From contig OZ231126.1 of the NCBI GenBank assembly GCA_965153355.1, forward strand, positions 15,624,001-15,688,000: a stretch of DNA of 64,000 bases. Direction: 5' to 3'. Source of the DNA: Flaccisagitta enflata (taxonomy: Eukaryota). The notes beneath the pieces are model-generated. The model saw nothing but the letters and a program-made list of their open reading frames with translations, ran no database searches and was not told the origin of the DNA. Below are positions 1 to 15,013 of this stretch, piece by piece. Within the stretch, counting starts at the first letter, position 1, and each line of letters begins with the position of its first letter. The position numbers and the translations under genes are program-made.

Positions 1-708
1 CTTCTTACCCAAAGATTTGTACGAGTCTTGGTTTTATAACGTCTGAGATCTTTCTTCCATCTGTGGTGAGGGGTGGGATGTAGGGGGGGGGGGGGAGGAG
101 AGAAAACGAATCGAAATTTGTGACTGTTTTTTCTCTTTATAACATTTTGTAACTCTATAAGAGCCTTTGTCCGTCCGTCCGTCAGCACGAGTCGAAAAGT
201 GTGAAAACGCGCATTTCCGCCCCTGCACACCCGTCCGCAACTGGTATGACCGCGTATCCGGCCTTGTTCTCTCAAGATACCATTTTAGGTTGCTTCCGGG
301 AACCCGCGGGCGGGAATTACGTATTATGTCCTAAATCATGTCACACTGATGTCTCACTGTTTTACGATTATCAAAGTGATTTAGATGAAAGTGCTGATTG
401 AATATTTTTTCTTAAGCATTATCAAGGTGTTCATGCAGTTGCATGCATGCCCTTTTTATATCATTCTATGCCTGAAACTTTATAGGAAACTGTGTTATAA
501 AAGCGTGACAGATTATGAACAGAATTCGTACTTTATGGTCCGCGAATTCCCAAAAAGCAGCCTTTATTATCCCCTATTTTTTTCTACATATAATTTTGTA
601 TTGCCGTTTCTCTCTCGAGCTCATTTTCCTCTTCCTTAACTACTACATACAAATGTTTCATTTGCCTCTTTCCTTTCCTATAAATCGCGCGAGGAAAGAG
701 AGCGAATT

Positions 709-826
<118 letters not shown>

Positions 827-1344
827 TTACAATGAATGAACTCATGTGGTTATAACTCCTCTTTCATTAAAGGGGGTACGTTATGATTATTTCTAGAAAC
901 GAATATTTTTCCGTCTCTTTTTATCTACCAAAGACGTTATTTTTCGCTTATTTCGAACCAAGTCTTAAAAAGAGCTAAACCACGGTGAACGGTGGCAGAT
1001 CAATGGGAATCTTGAACTGATGATTGTCGTTGTATCATGAATTGTGTAATTATTTATACTGCTGTTTTAAGCATTTTAATCATGTATACCTACGAGAATG
1101 AATCTTTATTTATCAATCATAGAATAAAGAAAGCATGCCGATTAGACGCGTTTATTGAGAAAAAAAAATATATGTTTTGTTACAAATGTATGAAAAAAAA
1201 TACTGCTCAAAAATGCCGAAACATCTCTCTTTCTCTCTAAAACGGAGATACTTGAAGAAATGAGCTAAGAATAAAAAAAGTGGAAGCGTGAGGTTAGAAC
1301 CTAAAAGCTGGAATTCCGAGAAGAAAGCGGGAAAATAATCAGAG

Positions 1345-1488
<144 letters not shown>

Positions 1489-2848
1489 GGGATTTGTAAA
1501 AGCGGAGAGGCAGACGGAATGAGACGTTGTGTTTCAAGAAGGAAAAAAACAAAACCTGCAATTCAATTTTAAAGACAACATGTGTAAAATAGATCCTCGC
1601 AAGTACGAGGTTGTATCAGAGAAACCACTGCACTGGTTTGATTATCATCAATGTACTACGTACTACCAAAGAAAACCGTTTTCATGACTTGTGATTATTT
1701 TGAAACGAATTTTTACCCGTGCCATATTGTGAAAAGGTTGAGAGTAGAATGTCCATCATTGACGGATTTTACTTTTCCGCATCAAAAGGGATGAATTGTT
1801 TGAATTTCGATTTACTTGTTATAATGTACTTTATAGTGAAAATGATACCTTTTTGCCTCAGTTACAAATTCTTACATTTCTTCAGCGACTTAAATATTGT
1901 GTATTCTTTTTCTCTACTTAAAGATTGAAGAGAAACTTTATTTTCTTTGCTGCGCATTTATGCAAATCAATTTCATTCCCTCTATAAATTTACTTTATTT
2001 TTCGAATGGAGAAAAACCCGTCTGACATAATCACGTCGATAACGATCGAAAAGTATTATTTGTATAGACAGTAAAAAAAAATCAGCTGTAAATATGTCAT
2101 TGTCGTGAATTCATGCAAGATGTAAGACGCATTTTCATCATGTACATGTACTTATTACCCGTTTGATTATCCAGTATCTCCTATTAATAAAAGTAAGGCT
2201 GTTTATCAATATAATGTCAAGTTAGTCGCAAATACACCAAACATTAAGACAGTTCCCACGTGGTAGCTAGATAAGGAAGCTGCGCGCTTGAAAGCCACAT
2301 CAAACATGTGCCATCCCCGCGTGAACTACCGTGTTACGTACCGGGTTATTCATTCTCTGTCGGTAAGGGATTTACAGCGGTATTATATTATACGCACTCA
2401 TGGAAGCAACACAGAGATTTTGCTTATTATTTTTATGTAATCATTGCAACTTCGGAAATAAAAAAATCGACCGGAAAAAACATGAAGGGGGCAATTTAAA
2501 ACAATGCATTGTAGTCAAACTATCAATAAATTGTGTCTTGGAATGGCATCCACTAAAGCTTAAGAAAGCCGACTACTGCTCTATGCAAATGAGTCTGATG
2601 CATAAAACGATGAAGTGGTATTTCGTTCTCTAAAGTTAAGTTTGCAATTCTAGCCCGTTGATGAATGCGATTAGTCCGATCTTGACATGGAAAGTGGAAT
2701 TTTAGAATTACAAACTAGAGTCTAAAATTGAGATGTCCGACTGCATGATAAATGCCGTGAGTCATTGAAATCCTCTGAGGAAATCGACCCTCGTTAATAA
2801 TCGGGTCAGCAACAACCTACAAACCCTTTAAGCCCAAAACGACACTTT

Positions 2849-2944
<96 letters not shown>

Positions 2945-3971
2945 GACAGACAGACAGAGAGACAGACAGAGAGGCTGGAGAGTTGCATCACAAGTAGCCC
3001 ACAAGAAGGGAGGTACTGACTAAAAAATGCAAACTGACTGCAAGGGAGGTACTGACTGAAAAATGCAAACTGACTGCAAACGGAACAAGGCCGGATACAC
3101 GGCCAATCCGTAGTCGCTGCTGGTGGGCAGGGGCAGTAATGCGAGTGGGCAGGGGGAGTAAATGAGTGGGCGGGAGCTGTATTGACGCCAGGCAGGAACT
3201 GTGATGGTCAGAAATCCGTTTTTCAGTCGATTTCGCGTCATCAAAATTTTCGCGTTCCAGACATACAGACCTACCGACCAAGGGACACACCCTCTTATAG
3301 AGTCGCTTAGGCAGCGACTAAAAACAATATAATACGTAATCGTGGAAAAAAAATAGTTTGCGAGTCAAGACGAAACTCGGACTAGCTTGGTGGACCGGCT
3401 GATGGGCATGGTGGTTTTTGATCTTCATGACACTGCCTATTCAAAACAATCGGGCTTGACGCATTATCATTAGGTGGATTTACGCCCCTGCCCAGTGAAT
3501 CGTTTATAGAATCTTCAGTAAACTGTTAAGTGTTATCATATTAAGTTTTCATCTAATTTACTCGGTTGCTCTCTTTCACGATATGAGCAAGTTTTTTCAG
3601 CGAATTCAGTGTTCTTCCCGATTTTTGAGGACAAACGCTGTTGATGGGGTAGGGATAATGCCATCAGTGACAGACAAAATGTTGATGGGGTAGGGATAAT
3701 GCCATCAGTGATACATGAACAAGTCGCGAACGATTGTTCGATCAACTAAGTGACATGTATTTACGAGATGCGTGCACGTGAATCGTGACTGAGAAGATCT
3801 GTTGAGAAACCTGAAGAAAAGCAAAAAAAAATAACATTCTGTATCTTCTTCAAACAGTGTTTACAAGAATACATAACAAAGGAATACCTTGTTCGATGAG
3901 ATCAGTCGAAATCCTAGATAAAGAAAGGAAAGATACTCTCGGTTTTCGCCAGCGAAAAGTGACAAATATGA

Positions 3972-4067
<96 letters not shown>

Positions 4068-4501
4068 TGTGTATGTGAGAGAGAGCGAGAGTGTGTGTGA
4101 GAGAGACAGAGACAGAGAGGAGACAGAGTGAGAGAGAGATAGACAGTCAGACAGACAGACAGAAACAGAGAGACATAGAGATCCCTAGAGACAGACAGAA
4201 AGAGAAAGAAAGAGAAAGACAGAAATTTAGCCAGAAAGACGAACAGGAGCAGACATAGACATAGTTCGTAACTGAAAATACACAGATACACACGGAAACG
4301 CACGAATTCTTCGCCAAAAAGATCAGAACTACAGGACTTGCAAACTGCACACGCTCGTGTGACAAGAATAAACAAACGACAAGCCGACACGAGGGTACAA
4401 TACTAATGAATTTAGAGCACCTGCCTCAACCATGTTTATTTGTTGATGCCATCTCTTTTTACGACACGTCCGTTGAACACTTTCATTCGTTTCTGTCTTA
4501 C

Positions 4502-5050
4502 TTTTTGGGCAGCGGCCCCAAAGGGGTCGATGACCTATGCTTTCACACATATGGGGGATTTTCTCCTCCTCCTTCTCCTTTTTTGTCCCCCCTCCCTCAA
4601 ATCCTAGTCTAGAGGCCCAAATTCCAGTCTGGAGGCCCAAATCCCAGTCTTGAGGCCCAAATCCCAGTCTCAAGGCCCAAATCCTAGCCTCAAGGCCTAA
4701 ATCCTAGCCTGGAGAACCAGATTTCAGTCTTGAAGCCCAAATCTCAGCCTCTTGGTCAAAATCAGCCGAAGGTCAGATCCTAGCCTGAGGCTAAATCCAG
4801 CCTTAGGCTAGGATTTGGGCCTTGAGGCTAGGATTTGGGCCTTGAGGCTGGAATTTAGCCTCAAGACTGGGATTTGGGCCTCCAGACTGAATTTGGGCCT
4901 CAAGACTTGGATTTGAGGAGAGAGGAGGAGAGAGGAGGAGGAGAATCCCCATATGTGTGAAAGCATAGGTCATCAACCTTCGGGGCCGCTGCCCTGCCCT
5001 CTCAAATTTAACCACAGCCTACTGCTGCAGGCACGGTACTGACCATCTAA
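4502..5050. mobile_element. HINE-like element, family B, with internal ~21-bp tandem repeats in inverted arrangement
   Basis: GGGCAGCGGCCCC..GATGACCTATGCTTTCACACATATGGGG mirrored by CCCCATATGTGTGAAAGCATAGGTCATC..GGGGCCGCTGCCC; internal GAGGCCCAAATCCCAGTCT units flip orientation near 4800. Related copies near 13555-14380, 39240-39755, 55570-56222, 57470-57720. Confidence 0.65.
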
Positions 5051-5144
<94 letters not shown>

Positions 5145-5356
5145 TTTCGCATGAAGCAGTTTTCTTTGTCTTTGACATCTGCTGGGAACTTCCCCTCCTT
5201 TTTGACGCCTTCAATAAGTTTCCATCGGTGGCATCGTCGAATTTGTCGTCAGCATCTGGCTTCCGCCGTCGATCGCCCCGCCGCCGGCCGCCGCCGTCGC
5301 CGCTCCCGTCGATTCATTTCTTTTGCACACTATGTATTGTTTTTTTTTTTTTGTTT

Positions 5357-5554
5357 TTTAGTCGCGTGCTACGCGACTCTACACCCCGCTTTGTCGGTCT
5401 GTCGGTCGGTCCATCCGTCCGTCCATCACACTTTACTTTTTTTGTTTTTTTTGCGGTCTCTGGCCTCACTGCTCCTGCCCAAATGATCCATTGACCTCAA
5501 TTACGGCCCCTGCCAGCCGCACGCGACTGGGGTAGCCTTGTATCCGGCCTTGTT
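5357..5554 (+). mobile_element. HINE/DINE-1-like short element, family A (representative copy)
   Basis: T-run, AGTCGCGT-gct-ACGCGACT hairpin, (GTCY)n tract, 3' subterminal repeat CACGCGACT, short stem-loop GCC..TATCCGGC, ending CTTGTT. Related copies near 158-268, 3085-3325, 8455-8660, 8714-8905, 9020-9210, 15520-15660, 17655-18672, 19020-19172, 40738-40885, 57050-57300, 58098-58292. Confidence 0.75.
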
Positions 5555-5639
5555 TTTCTCTATTTTTGTGATTTTCACGTGTCGTAATTTTCACCTAACT
5601 AATCACGGTAGTCGATTATAATTACATTGCCCTTAGCCA

Positions 5640-5727
5640 TTGTTGTTGTTGTGGTTGTTGTTGTTGTTATTGTTGTTGTTGTTGTAGTTTTTTGTTGTTG
5701 TAGTTTTTTGTTGTTGTCGTTGTCTTT

Positions 5728-5774
<47 letters not shown>

Positions 5775-5855
5775 GCTGTTGCTGTTTGTTGTTGTCGTTG
5801 TCTTTCTTGTTTTTGTTGTTGTCGTTGTTGTTGCTGTTTTTAAGCTGCTGCTGTT
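5640..5855. repeat. Imperfect (GTT)n microsatellite
   Basis: Visible run. Confidence 0.9.
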
Positions 5856-6547
5856 GTACTTGGCGTCGATAACGAAGCAGTATTATTAATATAATGCTCA
5901 AAACAGTTAGTGTGCTGCATTTCAATTCACCCATCATGAAGCAACTCTTTCTTTCTATCATTGGCCCTGATTGGAAGAAGTGTCCATGATTCGAATCCAA
6001 TTGCGTAGTTTTTGTTTCCAAATTATTCCTGACTCAGGAATCCTGAGTTTCCTCGGGGATGCGAATATTTGCATCTTCCGGTCATCTTGATTTTTGTTTA
6101 AAAAATAAGACATGGGTGGCATCCAGAATGAGAGGAAAAGAGGGGTGGCATCCAGAATAAAATGGTGACGATCCAACCTCGCACCGCGGGGGGTTTCATC
6201 ACTTGCTGAAGGACTATCCTTTTTGGGGGGTTTTTATCACTTTTTGTTCAATTTCCTCCTCCTTCTTTTTTCTGCTTCCCTACAGAGAGATCGCCACATG
6301 CAGCGACCTCTTCCATCTGTCTGTTATATTTCGGATGTCCGTCTATCCCCTTGGTGTCTATATGCCCTTCTGTTTCATGTCTCTAGCTGTCTGTTAATAT
6401 TGAACTGGACTTGTTAATTCGTTCAAATATCTGTCTGTCGGCCCGTATCTGTCTGTCTCTGTCTCTGTCTCTCTGTCTTTCTATGTGCCTGCCTGTCTGT
6501 CTGTCTGTCTGTCTCTCTTTCTTTCTTTCTTTCTTTCTTTCTTATTC

Positions 6548-6603
<56 letters not shown>

Positions 6604-6623
6604 TCCTTCTTTCTTTCTTTCTT

Positions 6624-6693
<70 letters not shown>

Positions 6694-6697
6694 ACTC

Positions 6698-6734
<37 letters not shown>

Positions 6735-7026
6735 CTCTCTGGTAGATGAGAAAAAGGGCCGTCCAGAAACAAGAGGAGAGAGATAGAGAAAGAGATCTTC
6801 TCTTTTTTTTTTTTTTGGCTTGTTCCAAAAAGTTATTTTTGTGGGCCATTGATGAAAAATATCGCATCCTGGAAAAACGGAGAAAAGTAAACACAAAACT
6901 TTTCCAATTTTTGGCCCAAAAACGGAGAATTTATATATTTTCCTAAAATGCACGAAAAAGTGAGAGATGCGAGAGAAAAGTGAGGAGGAAGCGGATCCAG
7001 ACGGCCATCTTGGAGTCTAGCATCCA

Positions 7027-7088
<62 letters not shown>

Positions 7089-9392
7089 TATATATATATA
7101 TATATATATTTATCTACATATTTTTATACGTTATATTTTCGTTTTCTTTTCTTTTCTTTTCTTTTCTTTTCTTTTCTTTTTTTTCTTTTTTTTCTTTTCT
7201 TTTCTTTTCTTTTCTTTTCTTTTCTTTTCTTTTCTTTTCTTTTCTTTTCTTTTTTTTTCTTTTCTTTTCTTTTCCTTCTTTTCTTTTCCCTTTTATTTCT
7301 TTTATTTCTCAAATTTGTCTGTTGGTGGCGTTTCTTACTCTTACAAAAGCGAGATTGATAGCACCTTCATGAGCAGTAAATTGTTCCGCGCATCCGAAAG
7401 TGTAGTACACGATGAAGTACGTCGTCTTCCCTTGCCAAAATTCACCCGTTTATTCATGGGTTCCGGACGGACAACGAACGTGAGAAACAAATCTTAAGGA
7501 AAAGAGGGAGAAGGAGATAAAGACAGAGAAGGAGAGAGAACGCAATCAAGTTCCAGTTTGACGGGGGGAGGGCCGCGCCGTGGGCAGAAAGGGTGGTGTT
7601 TTAAGTGTTTGAAGTACTTCATCCAAATATCCAGTATTTGTTTATCAAACAGTTTTTTACTGAAGCTTTAAAACATTTCCTATAAATTTAGACCATTTCG
7701 CAGATTAGTTCAAGCGAGAGCCCATGCCTTTACTACCTTCGGACTGGCCTCATATGAAAGAGAAATAGGAAAATTCACAAGGACTCAGATTTAGGATCTG
7801 AGGTCAATATAATATCTATCCCTGATCCTCGGCGATTTACTGATTGATTACATCCACGGTCCCAAAAAGTAAAAAATAGTAAAATTTTTTCTGCTCCCCC
7901 AAAAAAACCATCACGGTGGCGTAGTAGCAAAAGTAGTGATTCTACCGAATTCCTGAAGCCGATGTTATTTTGTTTAGTTGTGTATTAAAAGCAAATAAAA
8001 TTGCAAAATTCCTCGAACGAGACAATTGGCTCTCGTCCAAAGAGGGCAGGATTGACGAGAAGACACGAAAACCAAGTCTGACGTTTCGTGTCAATGACGA
8101 TGTCCTCGTTGTTGGCTGCGTTGTTGTGTTTTCCCTTTTTCGATGCTTATTGCGAAATATGCATTGCTCTATTTTATTTTAGCCCTTGTTTTTTTTTTTT
8201 CCAATAAATAATTTGCGTAGTTACGGTATGGGATGTCCGCTCGTGGTTTTAAGACCGGCGCCGATCTGAGACCAACTGGATATTTACTATTTTTTCAATA
8301 AGAAATCTGGAAACCATTAAGGCTCCTTTTTTGTCATCAATCGCGTCGGTTGGTGAAACATTGCTTTCATGGCAAATATAGTTCATTTGCTAGTCATCAG
8401 TGGCCCTGCCATATGCCAACCCCTCGGCCTCATGTGTTGGAGCATGCCAACATTTTTAGTAGCGTGCTATGCGACTTTACACTCTGCTTTGTCCGTCCGT
8501 CCGTCCGTCCGTCCGTCCGTCCGTCCGTCAATCGGTCAGTCTGTCTTTTTATGAGTTTTAATTTTTGACCTCACTGCTCCGGCCCAAATGGTCTAGTGAC
8601 CTCAGATATGGTCCCTGCCTATCCGCAAGCGACTGGGGTAGCCGTGTATCCGGTCTTATTTCTACTTATCATGTTAAATTATCGTGGCTTCAGTTAGTGA
8701 TAGTCTTCCACAAACAAGGCCGGATACACGGCTACCCATGTCGCGTGCGGGTGGGCAGGGGCAAATGATGAAGTAGACCAGCTAAGCAGCTGGGCAGGAG
8801 CTGTAACCCCAAAACCCCCTGTAAACGCAAAAAAAAAAAGTTTTATCGACTGACAGACCGAGCAACGGACAGAGCAGGTTGTAGAGTCGCGTGCACGCGA
8901 CTAAAAATCAAATGTAATAATCAAATAGGTAAAGTAATACACAATACGCAAATTCAGAGCTTGAGATCAAATGTAACAAAGGCTAAAAAGAATGAGTCTG
9001 ACCGAGTCATTTCTCAACTTTTTAGTCGCGTGCTACGCGACTCCACACCCCGCTTTGTCGGTCCGTTTGTCCGTCCGTCCATCCGTCGGTCCGTCCGTCT
9101 ATCACACTTTCTTTTTTGGCGTTAATGGGGTTTTTGGCTATACTGCTCCTGCCCAAATGCTCCACTGACCACCCGCACGCGACTGAAGTAGCCGTGTATC
9201 CGGCCTTGTTTTCCCACAACAACAGGCGTCATTATTGGAAGAGTTGGCATTTTGCGAGACAAGAAAAAGGACAAAAGGGAGTTTCTAGATCCGAGTACCT
9301 CTCTATTCTTAAATTGACATAAGATTGAGAGCTACCAACATATCAAATTCCGCAAGATAAGCTACCTGATTTTTTGACAACTTTCTCAAGAC

Positions 9393-9486
<94 letters not shown>

Positions 9487-10834
9487 TGACACGCAGAAAC
9501 AGACAGACCGAGACGTTCAATAGCATAGCAAAGGGGGAAGAGCGTTTTGAACAAAAGGAAGACAAACACGTCAATGAATGACGGATCGACGGAAAGAGAA
9601 GAAAGTGAAAGGAAGAGAAAACGATTTGATCCTACGCAATTATTCCTTGATTTGTGAATTGTGTATAGATTTAAGAAAGTCATTTAGTCAAAAAAGGTGG
9701 AACCAGTAGCTTCGCCATAACATGTGAATTACAGGTAGGTATGAAAGAATTGTCACAATAAGATGATAGGTCATAGATGAAAAATGAGTGAAAAAAAAAA
9801 AAGAAAAGATAAATGCTGGATACATGGCAATCCAGTTGCGGATGGTTTGGCAGGAGCAGTAATTCAAAACCCGCTTTCAGTTCAAAAATGTGATGTATGG
9901 ACTTACACACTTACAGACTTACGGATACATGGCACAGTCCCATCATTTATACGATATCAGGAAATAGAATCATTTTAGGCCCAAAATCATTTTTCTCTTA
10001 CCGGCCAGGATTCCCACTTGCAAAATTCTTAAATAAAAAAAAATGGACCCATCCCAGATTTTTGCACAGGGGACCTAAAAAGGCTGTAGAACAAGATTCT
10101 GATGTTCATTTTGACCTAACTTGAGCCAATAAAAAAAGAAACGTTTTTTTGTGGCAAAAAGAGCTATTTTTCCTAAAAAAATAGTATCAACTGAAATATT
10201 TTGGACTTTTTTTTTTACAGAAACATAAAGTACCAATAGTAATTGATATTTGAGTGAATCTAGAACAATTTTGAATAGGTCTATGAGGTTCAAAAATAGC
10301 ATTGAAGTGCTTAAAAGTGGAGAAATGACCTTAAAATTGAAAAATTGTCAAAGCTGATGTTTTGAAACAGTTTCTAAGGGTAAAATATGCTGTCAGTATG
10401 AGTTTCATCGATTTTCTTAAAAAAACATGGCCGTGATAAGCGAAAAACGCAAAACCGCAATGTGCAAATGAAATCAAAACCCTCAGTAACAAGTGACGCG
10501 TGGTCACAATATCTTCATGGACGGGTGGGCCGGGCCACAAACCCCCATGATCACCCAACGACTCACTCAACCCCCCTTCCCACACCTACACATGAATGAA
10601 AAGCTTCTAAAATGCTCGTTTTCCCACTTTTCGACTCGTTCTGACAGAAAAACCGACAGACGGACGGACAGCTGGACAAAGCCTCTTAAAGAGTTTCATG
10701 TCCTAAACTAAAATTCATGAAGAGAAAATAGCAAATCAATCTCAAATTTGTCTGAGTGAAAAAAATAAACAAAAAAACAAACTAAATCCTGTTTGACAAA
10801 AAAAAGAAACAAAATAAACACGTAGAACCAGTAG

Positions 10835-11044
10835 TACGCCGACTCAAGAACACTTAATTTTCGATTATGATGGCGACAATGGGCTAAATTTGTTGATTCT
10901 TGTTAGCATAACATTCCCTGAAAATTTTATTGTCCTTAATGAACTAGACCAAAAAGCATATTGGGTTTGAAATTCTAAAAAATATGGCAAATATGAGAGG
11001 TATCATTTTTTGTGGGTTTTTTTTTTCAGTTTCAATCTTGGCTT

Positions 11045-11079
<35 letters not shown>

Positions 11080-14000
11080 ATTTGTGTAATTGTGTTTGTA
11101 TTAGGTGTGTCCCTGTCAGACCTCAAATCAGACCTTTCAAGAATCCTAACTAACCTTGGCGTCATAAAAAATGTTGGATTTTTAAAACCTATTATAACAA
11201 ACTTAATTTGAGAGAAACTAAGGAAAATTGGTGATGTCTAGAAAGCTCGTCTAAAGATCTTTCATTTGAGTTGTGTCGCAACACTGTCTCTCAAATGGTT
11301 TAGAAGCTACATCAATTTGAAAAACAATTCTCTTTTTTCACCCTTACGGTGTGTCAGCAATCTTAACCTAAACATAATCTCTTAAAAACCATACTTAACC
11401 TTCTAAAATTGCATCCAAATCGGACAACTTTTACTATCATTTTCACAATGCGAAAGATTTTAATGTTGGTTTGCAAAACTGTGGTTTGAAAGAATCAGTG
11501 ATTGGATTTTATTGAGCATTTTTTTTCATGAATATATGGTTAGAATTGGGAAAAACCTATGGCAGTTTTAGAGTGCTTTCAAAGTACTATATTTAGGGCC
11601 CTCTCCCAACGAAGTAAACTGGATGTGAGCTCAAATAATTCAGAAATAAACAAGTTTTTTTGAAATTGCATCATTTTTCAAAAAACCATAGTAAAAAATT
11701 TCCGATTCTCACAAAAATTGAACCGGTATCAGTAGACACACAATTTAGACATCACTGAAAATTTGAAGGCAATCGGACAAAATCTTCTATCATTTTGGTA
11801 ATAATGAAATTATTAGATGCGTCCTCGCATCTCTATAAGAGGGTGTGTCCGTCCGTCCGTCTGTCCGTCTCCCATTCTCTCAAAATCAGTCAACGCACTC
11901 CCACACACTCAGAAGCCACCCCCAGCCAATATTAGATGCATCCTCGCATCTCTATAAGAGGGTGTGTCCGTCCGTCCGTCTGTCCATCTCCCATTCCCGT
12001 CTCGCATCTCTTGAGCTGCTATTTTGATTATCAATATTTCACTTTCTATCATGGTTGTAGCTTCCGTCCCTCCCACCTCCACAAATCGTTTTTTGATAAA
12101 TCATAATCCATGGATTGATTCTACTTCTCCAGCACAACATTTAATATGTTTCTTGCAGACAAAAAAAAGGTGAAAGTTTTTTTAGAAAGAGGTTGATTGC
12201 CTTTGACCTGAAATTTTCTGATTTAAACATTTACTTCTGATAAAGACATATTGAAAACTTTGGTCTTTGTAAAAAATGAATGCTTATCTACTTTATGCAT
12301 ATAGTATTAGAATTATATAGAAAGTTACAGAGGGTAATGGGTGTCAGTGTCCATGGTGTGGTTATTTTGAGTATAACCCAAAACACTAATGCTTAGGCCG
12401 TGAGTTAGGGCAAATTCGTGTTACATGTTTTAATCTAAAATCCTTCTAAAACTTCACGTACAATAAAAACCTACCAGTAACGACAAGGGCGCATCTATTG
12501 TTTGTCTATCAAACTTGTTAGCAGACTTTCTTTATGACACACCTTAAGGATAAAAAGACAGAGGTTTTCTTTGAATCACTGTAATTTCTAAACGGTTCGA
12601 GCTACTATGTCCAGACACGACTCAAATGAAAGATCATTTAAAGAGCTTTCCAACCATCACCAATTTTCTTTAGTTTCACTTAAATTAAGATGGTTAAAAT
12701 AGGTTTTAAAAATCCGCCATTTTTTATGACGCCAAAGTTATTTGGGGTACATTCAAACCCCAAATCTACTCTCTAGGTCTTGATGTTCTGTAGGACATGG
12801 GGGGGGGGAATTTTTATACTTCTGTAAATCTATCTGTCCCCCCAGGCTTACCCTTATTCAACATACTGATGCTTGAAATCAGCTCTTACAGTCTTTGAAA
12901 TAACCCCCATAGGCCTGAAATTTCTTTCAATCTCGAGATCAGTTCTCTTACACCTAAAGCTCCTATCCAGACCAAGACCTCCAATCATGGATGGTGAGAT
13001 TGCTGCTTCAAGGCCTTCTTAAGACCACAGATCTGCTTCAGGGCGGAACAAACCTGGTTGAGGTACAAGAAAGCTGATAAGGGTTATATGCGGTTAGCGA
13101 TACCCATTGCCCTGCTTTGTTTGACTGTGTATTTGAGTGGAGGGAAGCAGGGCAGCAGCGGTTCATTTGTCTGTCATCTATAATTTATGGCCTTGGAGTC
13201 AAAGAGGGATAATAAGAAGCCTGCAAGGGCTTTTTAGAGACCTAAAAGGGCTGATTCCGGGCCTGAGAGGGCTGAATCCCCTTAGGTCTGATTCTAGCTG
13301 TAAAAGAGTTAATTTGAGGTCTGATAGGGTTGAATTAGTCCTAAGAGACCTGAGGAGCCTAATATGAGGCCTGAGAAGCCTAGTTTGAGGTTTGTGGGGC
13401 CTGATTTGAAGCCTGAGAAGCCAATTAACACCCTAAGCAGGAAATTTGGCACAAGTCCAATGAACCATTTGAATTTTGATAACTGTTCAAAATAGATCAA
13501 ATTTGTCCAAAATATGGCTTGAATGCAAAGATATTGTAATTATGAATATGTAAGAGCCAACAGGTTGCCCAAGGGCAATATGTGGTCAGCTATACCCGTT
13601 GCCCTGCGTTACATCATTGTAAATCAGAATGAGAGGTAGCACGGCAGCGGCCCCAAAGGGGACAAAGTCCTGTCGAACATGGGACTTTTGTTTGTCTGTT
13701 TGTTCATTCATTAGTCCCCCCAGGCCTTCTCAGGCCTGAAATCTGCCCTCTCAGGCCTGAAATCTGCCCTCTCAGGCCTTGAATCTGCGAAAGTAGATTT
13801 AAGGACTGAGAGGACAGGTTTCAGGCCTGAGTAAGCAGATTTCAGGCCTGAGAGGGCAGATTCATTGCCTGAGAGGGCAGATTTCAAGCCTGAGAGGGCA
13901 GATTTCAGGTCTGAGAGGGCAGATTTCAGGCCTGAGAAGGCAGATTGCAGGCCTGAGAGGGCAGATTACAGGCCTCAGAGGGCAGATTTCAAGCCTGAGA

Positions 14001-14767
14001 GGGCAGATTTCAGGCCTGAGAGGGCCTGGGGGGACTTACAAAAGAAGGAACGAACAATCAAACGAACGAACAAAAGTCCCCCTGTGTTCTACGGGACTTT
14101 GTCCCCTTTTGGGCCGCTACCCAATAAGCAGCAATGAAGTTGAATCTGAGAGGGCAGATTTCAGGCCTGAGAGGGCAGATTAAAGGCCTGAGAGGACAGG
14201 TTTCAGTTCTGAAAGGGCAAATTTCAGGCCTGGGAGGGCAGATTCAAGGCCTAAGAGGGTAGATTTCAGGCCTAAGAGGGCAGGCCTAGGGGTAAGTAAC
14301 AAAAGAACAGACGGACAAACAAACAAAAGTCCCCTGTGTTCCACAGGACTTCGTCCCCTTTGGGGCCGCTGCCCAAAAATCTGTAAGCTGATTTTGGTGA
14401 GGCTAGAGGGCTCACTTGGCTCCAGAGAAAGCGGATTTGAGGTTTAGGAGGTCAAGAAAGACAACAATATCTAAAACATCTCGTGCTTGAGAGGGGTGAT
14501 ATGTCCCATTTTGATTAAAGGACCTGATTCCTGGGATTCAACAAGTATTTTTGAATCTTCACTGCTTGAAACAGAAAATCACACCAAGGTCAAAATTTGT
14601 CCAGCTAGTTGATGGCGAATAAAAAAATTGGCTGTTATGCCCTATGTAAGAGAGAGCTAAGTGGACAGTACTTTTAGGCCTGAAAGAACTGATTAAATGC
14701 TTACGAGGGCTGAATTGAGGCTACTAAATAATGACACACTCAATGGCACCAATGAGAACACGCACAT

Positions 14768-14832
<65 letters not shown>

Positions 14833-15013
14833 AAGCCAAGATTGAAACTGAAAAAAAAACACATATTTTTTAGAATTTCAAACCCAATAAGCTTTTTGGT
14901 CTAGTTCATTAAGGACAATAAAGTTTTCAGGGAATGTTATGCTAACAAGAATCAACAAATTTAGCCCATTGTCGCCATCTTAATCAAAAATAGAGTGTTC
15001 TTGAATCGGCGTA
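10835..15013. mobile_element. Non-autonomous DNA transposon, 4179 bp, with ~250-bp TIRs and 8-bp TSD
   Basis: TIRs 10835-~11080 (TACGCCGACTCAAGAACAC...(TG)n) and ~14770-15013 ((CA)n...GTGTTCTTGAATCGGCGTA); TSD ACCAGTAG at 10827-10834 and 15014-15021; second, more diverged inverted pair at 11155-11356 / 12535-12737; no transposase ORF. Confidence 0.85.
13730..14290. repeat. 21-bp tandem repeat (CCTGAGAGGGCAGATTTCAGG) inside a family B element
   Basis: Visible tandem units; explains the PERADFR repeat ORF at 13865-14137. Related array at ~55745-56130. Confidence 0.85.

Noticed and set aside
3356-3385. Minimal hammerhead-like GAGTC-AA-GAC-GAAAC
   Set aside because: The required CTGANGA box is absent (reads TTTGCGA).
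5140-8180. GC-rich patches (5150-5320, 6960-7030, 7345-7500, 8010-8130) as exons of a minus-strand gene
   Set aside because: Short frames with stops, no recognisable homology and no consistent splice chain; a non-coding or highly diverged gene cannot be excluded.
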